The notes under the pieces were generated by a model that made no database searches, was not told where the DNA came from, and worked only from the letters and a program-made list of their open reading frames with translations. A DNA stretch of 47,544 bases, taken from Eubacteriales bacterium. GTDB taxonomy: Bacteria; Bacillota; Clostridia; Oscillospirales; CAG-272. Location of the stretch: assembly GCA_045534875.1 (NCBI GenBank), contig JAZSKO010000049.1:1-47544 (forward strand), given 5' to 3'. Below, piece after piece: positions 33,607 to 43,685 of this stretch; the first letter of the stretch is position 1; each line of letters starts with the position of its first letter. Both the position numbers and the translations under genes were made by a program.

Positions 33607-36600
33607 TCAAGCATCTTTTCCGTGGTATGCCACGGCGCAATGATCGCGAACCAAGCAAAAGCGACAAGCGTCCTTGGAGGGGGTTCGGCTTGCCTCTCCG
33701 TCGAGGATGCGCTCGGCAATCGTTTCCACTGTTTTCAGCATTTCTTTTGCCAGATTCTCCAATTCCTCGGAGGAAGCCGACACAAGCCCCTTCATGAACG
33801 GCTTGGCATCGACTCCACCCAGCGCTCCCAGCGCGGCGACATCCTCGTTGAACACCCCCTGACGCCCGATCTCGGTCTTTCCGTCCTCCATGTGCGAATA
33901 GAGAAAGTTCGCGCCGCCGAAGCGGAGGCGTTCGGGATCGGAGGCGACCACGGCAAAGAGATAGAGGATCAACTGAATGTCGGTTCCGTCCATAACCTGA
34001 CGGAAGGAGAAGTCATGCTTTCCTGTCTTGTAGTCTACAACTCGAACATAGATCTCGTCCCCGTTCTCATAAAGATCCACACGGTCGACCAGCCCCGTCA
34101 GGACGGCCTCGTTGCCATTCTGCAAGGGGATGCGAACAGCAGGGAGATCGGTTTCCTTCGTGCCGCCGATGTACTGCTCAAAGTAGGTCGGGCGGAAGGC
34201 CGAGGCTTGGATCTCGTCGAGAATGTGACGAAGCATCAAAAGAGCCAGATCGCGCAAACGCTCAAACAGATGGAGCAGGCGCAGATCCATCTCGGAGGGG
34301 GGAATGGGACACACCCGTCCGAGATAGTCCTCCACGATGCGGTCAGCCAAGGGCTCGATCTCTTGGGGCTCGGGCAGGAGCAAGCCGCGCTCCTCGTCCA
34401 GACAGGCGCGGAGAAAATGCTCAAACACGAAATGCAGGAAGGTCCCCTCGTCCGACGCGCTGACACGGGAATCCTTTTTCTCCCGAAGCCGTAGCTGATA
34501 GGCGGCGTAGTAGGAATAGGGACAAAGCGCGAACTGCTTGACCTTGCTTTGCGAGAGATGCAGAGTGGTTCCCGGGATCTCCGGCTCGGCGTGCTGAACC
34601 GATGCGTCGGAACTGCCTGTTTTCCGAAGACGGAAGGGGAGCGCAAAGGCTTGGGGCTTGATGCCCAACAGAAGGCAGGCACGCGTAAATCCCAAGGAGG
34701 GGGATCGCTGGGAGCCGTCGGGATTTTTGACGGGATAGGAAAGATAGAGACGCGAGGTGGGCTTGGTCATGCCGCGATACACGTAGAAAAGCTCCTCGGA
34801 GAAGCGAATTTCCTTTGTGGAATCGAAGGAGATGGCAAGATCGCCAAGGCTCGAAAGGCTGTCCTTATCGGCCTCGGAGAGAAGACCCTCGTCGCTGATG
34901 GCTCTGGGAAACTCCTCCTCACAAAGTCCCAGCAAAAAGGATGCTTTCACGTTCTCCACGCGCAGGGTGGCGGCAGAGCCGATGGTGACGCAATCGTGAA
35001 GCGTGGGGACAGAGCCGAGGTCGGTGTTGGAAAAATAGAGGGTCAGGATCGAGAGAAATTCCTCAACCGTCAGATCGGTGTCGGGAAGCAGACAGGTCAG
35101 GGTGGTCAGAGACTCAACGAGAAAATCGTAGAGGCGAATCGTCTCTCCTGCCTCTTTTCGTTGTCCCAAGGACAATTCCTCCTTGGCAAGCAGAGAGAGC
35201 TGATGACGCACGTCAAGCAGGGAGAGATAGTCATACACGGCGGCGCAACGGTCTGCCACACGGTGAGACGCGCGAAGCGAGGCGTGAAGGGCAAGGAGAG
35301 GGGTCATCACGATCTTACGAACACGGTTGGCGGCGTCGAGGATCTCGTTTCCGCGATCGCTCTTGCGATCGGTCAAGCCGTCGGGGTTCATGCTCCAAGC
35401 CTCGTCGGTGAAGCGCTTTCCGTTGATGTGCCATGTCTCGCAGTATTCCTCAAACAGGGCAACGTCACGCATATCCGCGCCGCTCAGTCCTGTTTTGACC
35501 AGCGTTAGAATATCCTGCGCCCGATAGCCGCCCGAGACGGCGCGCAGAGCCGACAGGATCAAGCGCGAGAGCGGCTTGGAGGCAAGCTCGGTGCGCTCGG
35601 AATAGAAATAGGGAATGCCGTACCGCTCAAAGGCGGCATCCAGCACGCCTCGGTAGGTCTCGGTGTCACGTACTACGGCAACGATGTCGCCGTACCGCAT
35701 CCCGTTTTGCACCAGCTCCAAGATGTGGAGCGCGCAGGCCTCGGCCTCCTCGTAGAGATTGTCGCAGGAGATGGCCTCCACCACGGCCTTTTCCTCCTTG
35801 GAAAGCCCGTTTTCCTCCCCGTTCGCGGAGGAAAACCGCCAAAGCTCGCGCTCCAAAAGCGACAGAGCCGCAGGACGAAGCGAGGGATCAGCAGTAAGAC
35901 ACCGTTGCGTCACCCGCACGCCTGCCTTGTTGGCGCATTCGATCAAGCGCTTGGCCGTATTGGAAAGGCTCTTGAAGTGCGGAAGGGTGGAGAAGGGGGT
36001 GTCAACGGTCAGGGTGACGGTCACACCGTCGGCCTGTGACAAAAGAGCCGACAGAACGCTGTATTCGGGATAGGTAAAGCTGGTGAAGGAATCGAGATAG
36101 ATATGCCATCCCGCAAAGTGGGAGGGATGCGACGAAAGAAGATGGGAGAGCTTGACCAAGCGATCGGACACGTTCTCTCCAAATCGCTCGGAGCAGCTCA
36201 GACGAAAGTCTGCGTCCACCATGGCAAGGTCACGTAGCTTGCTCGCGAGGGGAGTTTCGGGCGGGAGCGCATTGGCGGCACTCTCCAACTGCTCGGCAAC
36301 GATGCCGTTGTGGCGAAATTCATCCACGGCGGAGAGCATCTCGTTGGTGAGGGTGGGATCGTTTCGCGCGCTTTTTCCGTACTGGGAAAGATGGGGCGCG
36401 AGACGGCGAAGGGTGTCCCACATCAAAACCGCCTCCGCGCCCTTGTCGGCCGCAGGACGGGAGATGCCCCCATAGACGCGAAAGAGCGATTGCGCCAGCC
36501 CCGAAAAGGTGGTGACCTGAAAGAAAAGCCCTGCATTTTCAGGCAAAAAGGCCGTCAGGTCGCGCTCACTGATGTAGGCCTGCTGTTCGGGAACGAGCAA

Positions 36601-36696
36601 AAGGCTCTGTCGCTCGGCAAGTACATCCTGTCGGATGGATTCCATAAGAGTGGCGGTCTTTCCCGAGCCGGTAGGACCGCAGATCAGGTTCAGCAT
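33607..36696 (-). CDS. addB: ATP-dependent helicase/nuclease AddB (Fe-S nuclease subunit)
   Basis: Walker A GPTGSGKT. C-terminal nuclease VVDYKTG and Cys cluster (FALCPYSY... CRFCLVRDHC). Located immediately upstream of addA. Confidence 0.9.
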   Translation of the reverse strand: MLNLICGPTGSGKTATLMESIRQDVLAERQSLLLVPEQQAYISERDLTAFLPENAGLFFQVTTFSGLAQSLFRVYGGISRPAADKGAEAVLMWDTLRRLAPHLSQYGKSARNDPTLTNEMLSAVDEFRHNGIVAEQLESAANALPPETPLASKLRDLAMVDADFRLSCSERFGENVSDRLVKLSHLLSSHPSHFAGWHIYLDSFTSFTYPEYSVLSALLSQADGVTVTLTVDTPFSTLPHFKSLSNTAKRLIECANKAGVRVTQRCLTADPSLRPAALSLLERELWRFSSANGEENGLSKEEKAVVEAISCDNLYEEAEACALHILELVQNGMRYGDIVAVVRDTETYRGVLDAAFERYGIPYFYSERTELASKPLSRLILSALRAVSGGYRAQDILTLVKTGLSGADMRDVALFEEYCETWHINGKRFTDEAWSMNPDGLTDRKSDRGNEILDAANRVRKIVMTPLLALHASLRASHRVADRCAAVYDYLSLLDVRHQLSLLAKEELSLGQRKEAGETIRLYDFLVESLTTLTCLLPDTDLTVEEFLSILTLYFSNTDLGSVPTLHDCVTIGSAATLRVENVKASFLLGLCEEEFPRAISDEGLLSEADKDSLSSLGDLAISFDSTKEIRFSEELFYVYRGMTKPTSRLYLSYPVKNPDGSQRSPSLGFTRACLLLGIKPQAFALPFRLRKTGSSDASVQHAEPEIPGTTLHLSQSKVKQFALCPYSYYAAYQLRLREKKDSRVSASDEGTFLHFVFEHFLRACLDEERGLLLPEPQEIEPLADRIVEDYLGRVCPIPPSEMDLRLLHLFERLRDLALLMLRHILDEIQASAFRPTYFEQYIGGTKETDLPAVRIPLQNGNEAVLTGLVDRVDLYENGDEIYVRVVDYKTGKHDFSFRQVMDGTDIQLILYLFAVVASDPERLRFGGANFLYSHMEDGKTEIGRQGVFNEDVAALGALGGVDAKPFMKGLVSASSEELENLAKEMLKTVETIAERILDGEASRTPSKDACRFCLVRDHCAVAYHGKDA

Positions 36697-36720
36697 GGTG
36701 GCTCCTTTCTCTCTGTCATA

Positions 36721-37533
36721 TTAGAGTTCTTTCAGATCAAGATTGCGCGCGATGGTCTGTCTTCCGCGCCATGCATACGCGCGATGGTAGAAGGTATCCT
36801 CGTCCATGTTATCCAAAATCTCCCGTGTCAGATGCGGAATGGCATCCTCGGAAAAGAAGGGAATGGGCGAGAAGATACTGCCGCGGCGGATGGCGGCGAT
36901 GGTGTGAGGGCAGACCTCTTGGCAGATGTCACAGCCCCAAACGGTGGGATGAGTGAGCAGGATCTGCCGTTCCTCCTCGGAAAGCGCGCCCTTTTGTTGC
37001 GTCAAGGCAGAACGGCAAAGGCTCTCGCCGTGACTCATGGGGCAAAAATCCTTGCATTTTCCGCATTGCTCACAGGATAAGGCGGGATGCGGCAGGGCGG
37101 TGGTCGGTATGCTCGTCATAAGCTCTCCGAGAAAGACGTAAGAGGAATAGTCCTTCGTGATGAGCATATGATTGTCTCCGATCACGCCAAGCCCTGCCAT
37201 CGCGGCGGCCTCGGTCTCGGCGATCGGGGAGTGGTCGGCAAAGCCTGCGAATCGTTCGTTGGGGTAACGCTCCCTCAAAAGCGGGAGCAACTCGTCAAAC
37301 AGAGAGGAAAAGAAGGTGTGATAATCCCGACCTACCGCATAGGACGAGAGGTTGCGGTCGGGCGAAAGACAGGCTTGGGTGAAGTACGGGATCGCCAGCA
37401 TAACGGCCGTTCCCTCGGTGATCCCCACGCGCTCCAAAAGGTAAGGACGCACTACGCGGCAATGCGAAAGAGCGATGGGGGCAAAGCAGGTGATCTGTTT
37501 TTTTTCTAAAAAATCGAATAAAAATGAAAACAT
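36721..37533 (-). CDS. queG: Epoxyqueuosine-reductase (QueG)-like 4Fe-4S protein, short form
   Basis: GRDYH, AGLGVIGDNHMLI, the two ferredoxin motifs CEQCGKCKDFCP and WGCDICQEVCPH. The start at ATG 37533 was chosen because the upstream track extension is AT-rich and non-homologous. Confidence 0.55.
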   Translation of the reverse strand: MFSFLFDFLEKKQITCFAPIALSHCRVVRPYLLERVGITEGTAVMLAIPYFTQACLSPDRNLSSYAVGRDYHTFFSSLFDELLPLLRERYPNERFAGFADHSPIAETEAAAMAGLGVIGDNHMLITKDYSSYVFLGELMTSIPTTALPHPALSCEQCGKCKDFCPMSHGESLCRSALTQQKGALSEEERQILLTHPTVWGCDICQEVCPHTIAAIRRGSIFSPIPFFSEDAIPHLTREILDNMDEDTFYHRAYAWRGRQTIARNLDLKEL

Positions 37534-37723
37534 CTCTTTCCCTTTTCTCAAAAGTGTGGTATAATAAATAGAAACTATCTTTATTATAGCAGAAACGAGA
37601 GCGAAAAACAAGGAAAAAATCCTATTTTCAACTCCTTTTTTGTTCTGCTTCAAGAAACCTTCACATTTGACGGGTATAATAACCCCAGTTACCGTGGAAA
37701 ACGGCAAAACAAGGAGGTTACCT

Positions 37724-39025
37724 ATGAACGAGGATCAAACACGCGGATCGAATCCGTTTGAAGATCAAGCCCACGAACAGGGACAGTATGAGTATCGCTT
37801 TCAGAGTGGATCTCCCAATCAGGGCGGCTTTGAGCCGACGCCCTCGCAAAACGGAAAGGGCTTTTGGCGGTCTTTTCTCACCGTTGCGCTCTGCGTGGCG
37901 CTCTCCTTCTGCGCCGGCGTGGGAGGAACGACGATCGCCTTGGATCGCTATGAGAAGAAGCAGGCAGAGAACAGCATTCACCAAGCGCCCTCGGCAGATT
38001 CGCTCCACGATGATGACCCCGAAGGCCTTTTGACGCGTGACGAAATGGAATATTCACCCTACGGCTCGGCAGGAGAGACGGCCTACGCCATTTCCGAGGT
38101 GGTTCGGATGGTAGAGGATTCGGTGGTGGTGATCCAAGCCTCGGTCGGCTCGGCCTCCAACACCTCGGTCAGCTCAGGGAGCGGTGTGATCATTCACGAG
38201 GACGGTTATATCCTCACCTGTCACCATGTGGTGGACGGCGCGCGCTCGGTAACGGTACAGCTCAGCGACGGTGTTTCCACCTATGCGGCCGCCTTGGTGG
38301 GAAGCGACGAGTCCTCTGACCTGGCGGTTTTGAAGATCCAGCCCGTGGAGGGACAGCCCCTCACCGCCGCCAAGCATGGAAAAAGCAGTTATCTGGTCAA
38401 GGGCGAGGTGGTGGTTGCCATCGGAAATCCGCTCGGCACGCTGGGAGGATCGGTGACGAATGGCATCATCAGCTCCACCGAGCGAACCATCAACACCGAA
38501 AACGGCACCATGACCCTTTTGCAGACCAACGCGGCCATCAACTCCGGAAATTCGGGCGGCGGATTGTTTAACTTAAAGGGAGAGCTTATCGGAATCGTCA
38601 ACGCCAAATATGCTGCCACGGGGGTGGAGGGACTTGCTTTTGCCATCCCGATCGACGCGGCCTACGAGGTGGAATGCGACCTGATCGAGTACGGCTACGT
38701 TCGCGGCATCATCGACCACGGCATTTCCACGGTCGAGATCAACGAGGAGAACCTGTCATATTATTACTATCGCTTCAATATTCGGAAAACGGGGCTTTAC
38801 GTCGTCTCCTCCAAGTATGACGCCAATTTGGAGAATCGCGATCGCATTACCGCAGTGAACGGAAAGACGGTGGAGACCGAGGCCGATTTCGATGCGGCGA
38901 TCCAAGGATGCGCCGTGGGAGACGTGATCGTTGTGGAGTATGAAAAGAGCGGAGGCGGCGTGAAGACCGCCGAGATCACGCTTCGGGAGTATATTCCCGA
39001 CAGCGCGATGGTCGATTTTTCCTGA
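37724..39025 (+). CDS. htrA: HtrA/DegP-family serine protease (S1C) with N-terminal TM segment and C-terminal PDZ
   Basis: ATG 37724 follows AAGGAGG. Catalytic triad blocks LTCHHVV (His), SDLAVLKI (Asp), GNSGGGLFN (Ser). Confidence 0.85.
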   Translation: MNEDQTRGSNPFEDQAHEQGQYEYRFQSGSPNQGGFEPTPSQNGKGFWRSFLTVALCVALSFCAGVGGTTIALDRYEKKQAENSIHQAPSADSLHDDDPEGLLTRDEMEYSPYGSAGETAYAISEVVRMVEDSVVVIQASVGSASNTSVSSGSGVIIHEDGYILTCHHVVDGARSVTVQLSDGVSTYAAALVGSDESSDLAVLKIQPVEGQPLTAAKHGKSSYLVKGEVVVAIGNPLGTLGGSVTNGIISSTERTINTENGTMTLLQTNAAINSGNSGGGLFNLKGELIGIVNAKYAATGVEGLAFAIPIDAAYEVECDLIEYGYVRGIIDHGISTVEINEENLSYYYYRFNIRKTGLYVVSSKYDANLENRDRITAVNGKTVETEADFDAAIQGCAVGDVIVVEYEKSGGGVKTAEITLREYIPDSAMVDFS

Positions 39026-39061
39026 CCAAGCTCAAAAAGAGGAAACGAAAGGACGGAGAAT

Positions 39062-39748
39062 ATGTATCACATTCTGGTTGTGGATGATGAGGCTCGTATC
39101 CGCACGCTGATCCGAAAATACGCGGAATTTGAGGGACATGAGGTCACCGAGGCAGGGGACGGTATGGAAGCGGTCTATCTCTGCCGAGCCAACACCTTTG
39201 ATATCATCATCATGGACATCATGATGCCGGAGCTGGATGGCTTTTCGGCCTGTCGCGAGATAAGAAAGATCACGAACACCCCCATCATCATGCTCTCGGC
39301 AAGAGGCGAGGAATACGATCGCATCAACGGCTTCGAGGTCGGTGTTGATGATTACGTCGTCAAGCCCTTTTCGCCGAAGGAGCTGATGCTTCGCGTGGAG
39401 GCGATCATGAAGCGTGTTTCAGGGGCCGGACGCGCGACCTCTCCCAATGAGGTTGTCGAGCTGGATAACGGAGGTCTGCGCGCCGACATTACGGCAAGAC
39501 TCGTTTATATCGACGGCGAGCGGGTGGAGATGTCTCCCAAGGAGTACGATCTGTTTTTCTATCTGCTCACCAACCGCAACATCGCGCTTTCCAGAGAAAA
39601 ACTGCTCTCAGAGGTGTGGGGCTACGATTTCTTCGGAGATGCCCGTACCCTTGACACCCATATCAAGCTCCTGAGGAAAAGTCTTGGAAGATACGCCGGC
39701 TATATTGTCACCCTTCGCGGTGTCGGCTATCGCTTTGAGGGCGTATGA
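39062..39748 (+). CDS. OmpR-family response regulator
   Basis: Receiver domain (ILVVDDE, DIIIMDIMMPELDG, KPF) plus winged-helix output (LTLRGVGYRF). Confidence 0.9.
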   Translation: MYHILVVDDEARIRTLIRKYAEFEGHEVTEAGDGMEAVYLCRANTFDIIIMDIMMPELDGFSACREIRKITNTPIIMLSARGEEYDRINGFEVGVDDYVVKPFSPKELMLRVEAIMKRVSGAGRATSPNEVVELDNGGLRADITARLVYIDGERVEMSPKEYDLFFYLLTNRNIALSREKLLSEVWGYDFFGDARTLDTHIKLLRKSLGRYAGYIVTLRGVGYRFEGV

Positions 39749-41283
39749 GTCAAAAAACAAAAACGGAACAAAAACGGCTTCGCGGCAGGATCGGTCTTCG
39801 CGCGCATCTGATCGCGCTGATGCTACTACTTTTGACGGTCTTTCTCTTGGTGACGGGGCTCTTTCAGATCCTGCTTTTGGATGTTCTTTACGAAAGCGTG
39901 CGTCGAAACGAATTGGAGAAAACCGCCGACCGCGTGATCGCGGATCTGGGACAGGAGAGCCTGCAAAACACGGTCTATGAATGCGCCATGGAGGGCATGC
40001 TCAGCGTTGCCATCTACCGCATCGAGGGAGATCGGGGCGTTTTGGTTGCCTCGGAGCACGCCACGGGCGAGAGCGGAAAGCAATTTTTCATTGAACATGA
40101 GCAGCTTTCCTATTTCTATGAGAAGGCGCAACAGGAGGAGGGAGCCTACCACACGCAGGTCACCTTCGGAGGACGCGAGGTCGACCGTCCCTTTTTGGCA
40201 AAGCTGTTGTTCTTCTGGAATCAAAGGGGAGAGCAAGCTACCGAAATGCTCAACATGGTCTACGTCCGTCTCCATGAGGATGCGGCGCAGAACCAATATA
40301 TGATGGTCTTTCACGCCTCCATGGCGCCGCTGACCGTCACGGTGTTGACCCTGCAACGCCAGTTTATCTGGATCTTCGGTATTATGCTGGTGCTCACGCT
40401 TTTGTTGGTCGGTCCGATCACACGGCGTCTGACGCGCCCCATCTCGCACATGAACGAAGCGGCCAAGCAGTTGGCAGAGGGAAACTACAACGCCGACTTT
40501 GAAGGCGAATTCGACGGCTACCGCGAGACCCGTGAGCTGGCCGAGGCGCTCAACCACGCGGCAGGGGAGATCGCCAAGAGCGACCGACTGCAAAAGGAGC
40601 TGGTGGCGAACATCTCACACGATCTGCGAACGCCGCTCACCATGATCCGAGGCTACGCCGAGGTCATGCGCGATATTCCCGGAGAGAATACTCCCGAAAA
40701 TTTGCAAGTCCTGATCGACGAGACGGCATATCTGTCGGAGCTGGTGAACGATCTGTTGGATCTTTCCAAGCTGCAAGCCGGTATGCGCTCTCCCGTGATG
40801 GAGTTTTTCGATCTGAGCGCGGCGGTTTTGGAGGTGATGGGACGCTATGAGGTCTTCACCAAAACGCAGGGCTATCAGATCCGCACAGAGATCCATGAGG
40901 CGGCTCCCGTTGTGGCAGACCGAAATATGATCTTGCAGGTGGTGTATAATCTCATCAACAACGCCATCCACTACACGGGCGAGGATCTGAACATCTTTGT
41001 AAAACAGGAGATTCGGGACGGAAAGGTCTATTTTTCGGTCAGCGACACGGGTGAGGGGATCCCGGAGGATCAAATTCCCCAAATTTGGGATCGCTACTAT
41101 AAGGTCGATCGCGTGCATCGCGCCTCGCGGATCGGCACGGGATTGGGTCTTTCCATCGTGAAGGGGATCTTGGAGGTGCATCACGCCGAGTACGGCGTTG
41201 AGAGCAAGATGGGAGAGGGCTCAACCTTCTGGTTCGCGCTCCCGATCTCCGAATTGCCCACCGAGGAAGAAAAAACGATCTGA
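39745..41283 (+). CDS. Sensor histidine kinase (2 TM, HAMP, HisKA, HATPase_c)
   Basis: ATGA overlap with the regulator gene. H-box SHDLRTPLT, N-box NLINNAIHYT, G-boxes DTGEGI and GTGLGLSI. Confidence 0.9.
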   Translation: MSQKTKTEQKRLRGRIGLRAHLIALMLLLLTVFLLVTGLFQILLLDVLYESVRRNELEKTADRVIADLGQESLQNTVYECAMEGMLSVAIYRIEGDRGVLVASEHATGESGKQFFIEHEQLSYFYEKAQQEEGAYHTQVTFGGREVDRPFLAKLLFFWNQRGEQATEMLNMVYVRLHEDAAQNQYMMVFHASMAPLTVTVLTLQRQFIWIFGIMLVLTLLLVGPITRRLTRPISHMNEAAKQLAEGNYNADFEGEFDGYRETRELAEALNHAAGEIAKSDRLQKELVANISHDLRTPLTMIRGYAEVMRDIPGENTPENLQVLIDETAYLSELVNDLLDLSKLQAGMRSPVMEFFDLSAAVLEVMGRYEVFTKTQGYQIRTEIHEAAPVVADRNMILQVVYNLINNAIHYTGEDLNIFVKQEIRDGKVYFSVSDTGEGIPEDQIPQIWDRYYKVDRVHRASRIGTGLGLSIVKGILEVHHAEYGVESKMGEGSTFWFALPISELPTEEEKTI

Positions 41284-41315
41284 CGGAACGAGAGAACACA
41301 AGAAAGGGATCAACC

Positions 41316-42143
41316 ATGACAGCAGAGGTTTTGCAAAGGCTTCGTTGTCCCGTTTGCGGCGCGGAGCTGTGCGAGGACGAAACGAAAAAAAGCTGTGGAT
41401 GCCTCGGAACGAGACGCCATTGCTTCGATTATTCCAAAAGCGGCTACCTCAATCTCGCGAGAGCGCAACAAGCGGGCGGCGGCGACTCCAAGGAGGCGAT
41501 CCGAAACCGCAGTGCCTTTTTGGAGGCGGGCTACTACCAACCCCTCGCCGAGACGGTTCACCGTCTTTTGGGAGAGTGCGGCGTCGGCTCGGTTCTGGAC
41601 ACGGGATGCGGTGAGGGCTACTACACCAATCGCATGGCCGAGGGGAGAGTGACCTTGGGCGCGGATCTTTCGGTTTTCGGTGTCGATCACGCCGCCAAGG
41701 AGGCCAAAAAAGCGGCGAGAGGAGCGGGATTCGTGGTGGCAAGCCTGTTTTCGCTTCCGGTCGCCGACGCGAGCTTTGAGGCCGTGACCAGCCTGTTCGC
41801 GCCCTGCGCCGAGGAGGAATTCACACGCGTTTTAGAGCCGAACGGCGTCCTTCTGTTGGTGGGAGCGGGAGAGCAACACCTGATGGGGCTCAAGCAGGCG
41901 ATCTATCAGGAGACCTATCCAAACGCCGCGCGTCACGATCTTCCCACACAGATGCACCTCTGCCAACGGGAGCGGCTTCGCTACACGGTCACAGTGGAGG
42001 GAAACGAGACGGTGCAAGCCCTCTTTTCCATGACGCCCTACTATTGGAGGACCTCCGAGGGAGACCGTGAAAAGCTGGTCGGGCTGGATCGCCTTCGCAC
42101 CGAGCTGGACTTTGACATTTTTCTTTACAGAAAGGAATCCTGA
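41316..42143 (+). CDS. rlmA: 23S rRNA (guanine-N1)-methyltransferase RlmA-type
   Basis: N-terminal Zn-ribbon LRCPVCGAEL...HCFDYSKSGYLNL, FLEAGYYQPL and the SAM motif VLDTGCGEGYY. Collinear with E. coli RlmA as recalled. Confidence 0.8.
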   Translation: MTAEVLQRLRCPVCGAELCEDETKKSCGCLGTRRHCFDYSKSGYLNLARAQQAGGGDSKEAIRNRSAFLEAGYYQPLAETVHRLLGECGVGSVLDTGCGEGYYTNRMAEGRVTLGADLSVFGVDHAAKEAKKAARGAGFVVASLFSLPVADASFEAVTSLFAPCAEEEFTRVLEPNGVLLLVGAGEQHLMGLKQAIYQETYPNAARHDLPTQMHLCQRERLRYTVTVEGNETVQALFSMTPYYWRTSEGDREKLVGLDRLRTELDFDIFLYRKES

Positions 42144-42147
42144 CTCT

Positions 42148-42885
42148 ATGAAACTATCGGTTTGCATCCCGATGTATAACGAAAGCCGCATCATCGAAGA
42201 AACGGCGAGAACGCTGTCGGAGTATCTGCTTGCGAGCGGCGAGGACTATGAGCTTCTGTTTTGTGATGACGGAAGCACCGACGAAGCGGCAGAGCTTGTC
42301 GAGCGTTTTGCCCTCCCGAACACCCGTGTGATCGGCTACAAGGAAAACCGAGGGAAGGGGTGCGCCGTGCGAACGGCGATGCTAGCGGCCGAGGGGGACA
42401 TTTTGCTGTTCACCGATGCCGATCTTGCCTATGGCACAGAGGTCATCGCGAGCGCGGTCAAGACCTTCCGAGAGAACCCCGAGAGCGAGGTGGTGATCGG
42501 CTCGCGCAATCTGGAGGGGAACGGCTACGAGGGGTACACATGGAGTCGAAAGCTGGCCTCCAAGGCCTATATTCGTCTGCTTTGCCTGATGGGTGGCTTC
42601 CACCTGACCGATTCGCAATGCGGCTGTAAGGCATTCCGAAGGGAAGCAGCGAGAGAGATCTTCCGCCGATGCGAGGTGGATGGCTTTGCCTTCGATTTTG
42701 AGGTGCTGTTGTGGGCAGAGGAGCTGGGATACGCGATCCGCGAGATGCCTGTAAAGATCATCAACCACCGCGATTCGAAGGTTCGCTTGCTCCGCGATTC
42801 CTTGAAGATGCTCAAAGACCTCACGGGCATCCGCTCGCGCGTCAAAAAGAAGGCGAAGAAGGAAAAAAGCGAGAAGACGGCATAA
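42148..42885 (+). CDS. Family-2 glycosyltransferase (dolichyl/polyprenyl-phosphate hexosyltransferase-like)
   Basis: ATG 42148 (MKLSVCIPMYNE). DDGSTD and DAD motifs. Basic C-terminal tail. Confidence 0.8.
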   Translation: MKLSVCIPMYNESRIIEETARTLSEYLLASGEDYELLFCDDGSTDEAAELVERFALPNTRVIGYKENRGKGCAVRTAMLAAEGDILLFTDADLAYGTEVIASAVKTFRENPESEVVIGSRNLEGNGYEGYTWSRKLASKAYIRLLCLMGGFHLTDSQCGCKAFRREAAREIFRRCEVDGFAFDFEVLLWAEELGYAIREMPVKIINHRDSKVRLLRDSLKMLKDLTGIRSRVKKKAKKEKSEKTA

Positions 42886-42895
42886 ATACAGAAAA

Positions 42896-42920
42896 GGAAG
42901 CCCTGCGGGGCTTCCTTTTC
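42896..42920. terminator. Bidirectional terminator
   Basis: GGAAGCCC (42896-42903) / GGGCTTCC (42908-42915) followed by TTTTC. Confidence 0.7.
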
Positions 42921-42937
42921 TTACCTGATGTATTTTC

Positions 42938-43261
42938 TTAATACCTGCTCAACCAAACACAAAGGGCAAGCGTGCCTATATACAAAAAGACTCCGACCAA
43001 AGACGATACAAAACAAAAGATTGCAACTCCTTCGCGTCTAAATAATTTTGCTCCTCGAATGATTCCTGCAATACACGAAGCAAAAGGAATCAAGAGGGGA
43101 AGGCAAAGGACGATATCCACAAAAGAATTTGTACTTATCTTCACCAAGTCAAGACACCAATAAACCACCCCCCCAAAAAAAGCGGCAACAAACAGAGCCG
43201 GCCAGTGTATACCAAGGTTAATCATTCCGTGCCACAATAAGGACCATTTCTTTTTTGTCAT
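42938..43261 (-). CDS. Small (107-aa) membrane protein, unknown function, AT-rich gene
   Basis: RBS AAAGGAGAAGG is upstream of ATG 43261. Three hydrophobic segments. Visibly lower GC than its neighbours. Confidence 0.55.
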   Translation of the reverse strand: MTKKKWSLLWHGMINLGIHWPALFVAAFFGGVVYWCLDLVKISTNSFVDIVLCLPLLIPFASCIAGIIRGAKLFRREGVAIFCFVSSLVGVFLYIGTLALCVWLSRY

Positions 43262-43368
43262 CGTTTCCTTCTCCTTTCCATTATTGTAATTTTATTATAC
43301 CATGAAAACAGAAAAAATGCAACTCATATCATCAAAAAAAGAAAAAAGAAAAAATTTCAAAAAAGGGC

Positions 43369-43397
43369 TTGATTTTTTGATTTAAGTGTGCTATAAT
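43369..43397 (+). promoter_or_regulatory. sigma-A promoter for tRNA-Val
   Basis: TTGATT (43369-43374), 17 nt, TATAAT (43392-43397), with extended -10 TGc. Confidence 0.6.
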
Positions 43398-43434
43398 ATA
43401 TGCGTTGTGAGAAATCACAGCCTGAGCAAACGAT

Positions 43435-43511
43435 GGAGGCATAGCTCAGTTGGTTAGAGTGCATGCTTGACATGCATGAGGTCGTTGGTTCGATTCCAAC
43501 TGTCTCCACCA
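43435..43511 (+). tRNA. tRNA-Val (anticodon GAC), CCA encoded
   Basis: Manual cloverleaf. Acceptor GGAGGCA/TGTCTCC, D arm GCTC/GAGT, anticodon stem CATGC/GCATG with loop TTGACAT, T arm GTTGG-TTCGATT-CCAAC, discriminator A plus CCA. 77 nt. Confidence 0.9.
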
Positions 43512-43513
43512 AA

Positions 43514-43546
43514 AAATCCGAGAACATTGTTCTCGGATTTTTTTAT
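43514..43546 (+). terminator. Rho-independent terminator after the tRNA
   Basis: AAATCCGAGAAC (43514-43525), loop ATT, GTTCTCGGATTT (43529-43540), followed by a T-run. Confidence 0.85.
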
Positions 43547-43613
43547 GCGATCCGCAGGCTTGAAATTCCGCTTTGGGATGGGTTGCGGGCTTTCAGAAAT
43601 ATCCTTTTTTCTA

Positions 43614-43642
43614 TTGACTTTCTCCAAACGCCATGCTATAAT
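43614..43642 (+). promoter_or_regulatory. sigma-A promoter for the beta-propeller glycosidase-like gene
   Basis: TTGACT (43614-43619), 17 nt, TATAAT (43637-43642), with extended -10 TGc. Confidence 0.6.
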
Positions 43643-43685
43643 GAATCCGGTTGAAATCTCAAAAAAATTCCGGAGGGACAGGAAT

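Noticed and set aside
43467-43685. N-terminal extension of the glycosidase-like ORF (track start 43467).
   Set aside because: The extension runs through the tRNA-Val gene, its terminator and a good promoter. ATG 43686 has a GGAGGG RBS. Similar over-long track starts were trimmed for the same reason (RBS or signal peptide at the internal start): 2666, 3801, 4979, 6548, 11662, 14449, 24045, 37640, 42067, 44644, and the minus-strand ORFs ending at 19361, 29818 and 37707.
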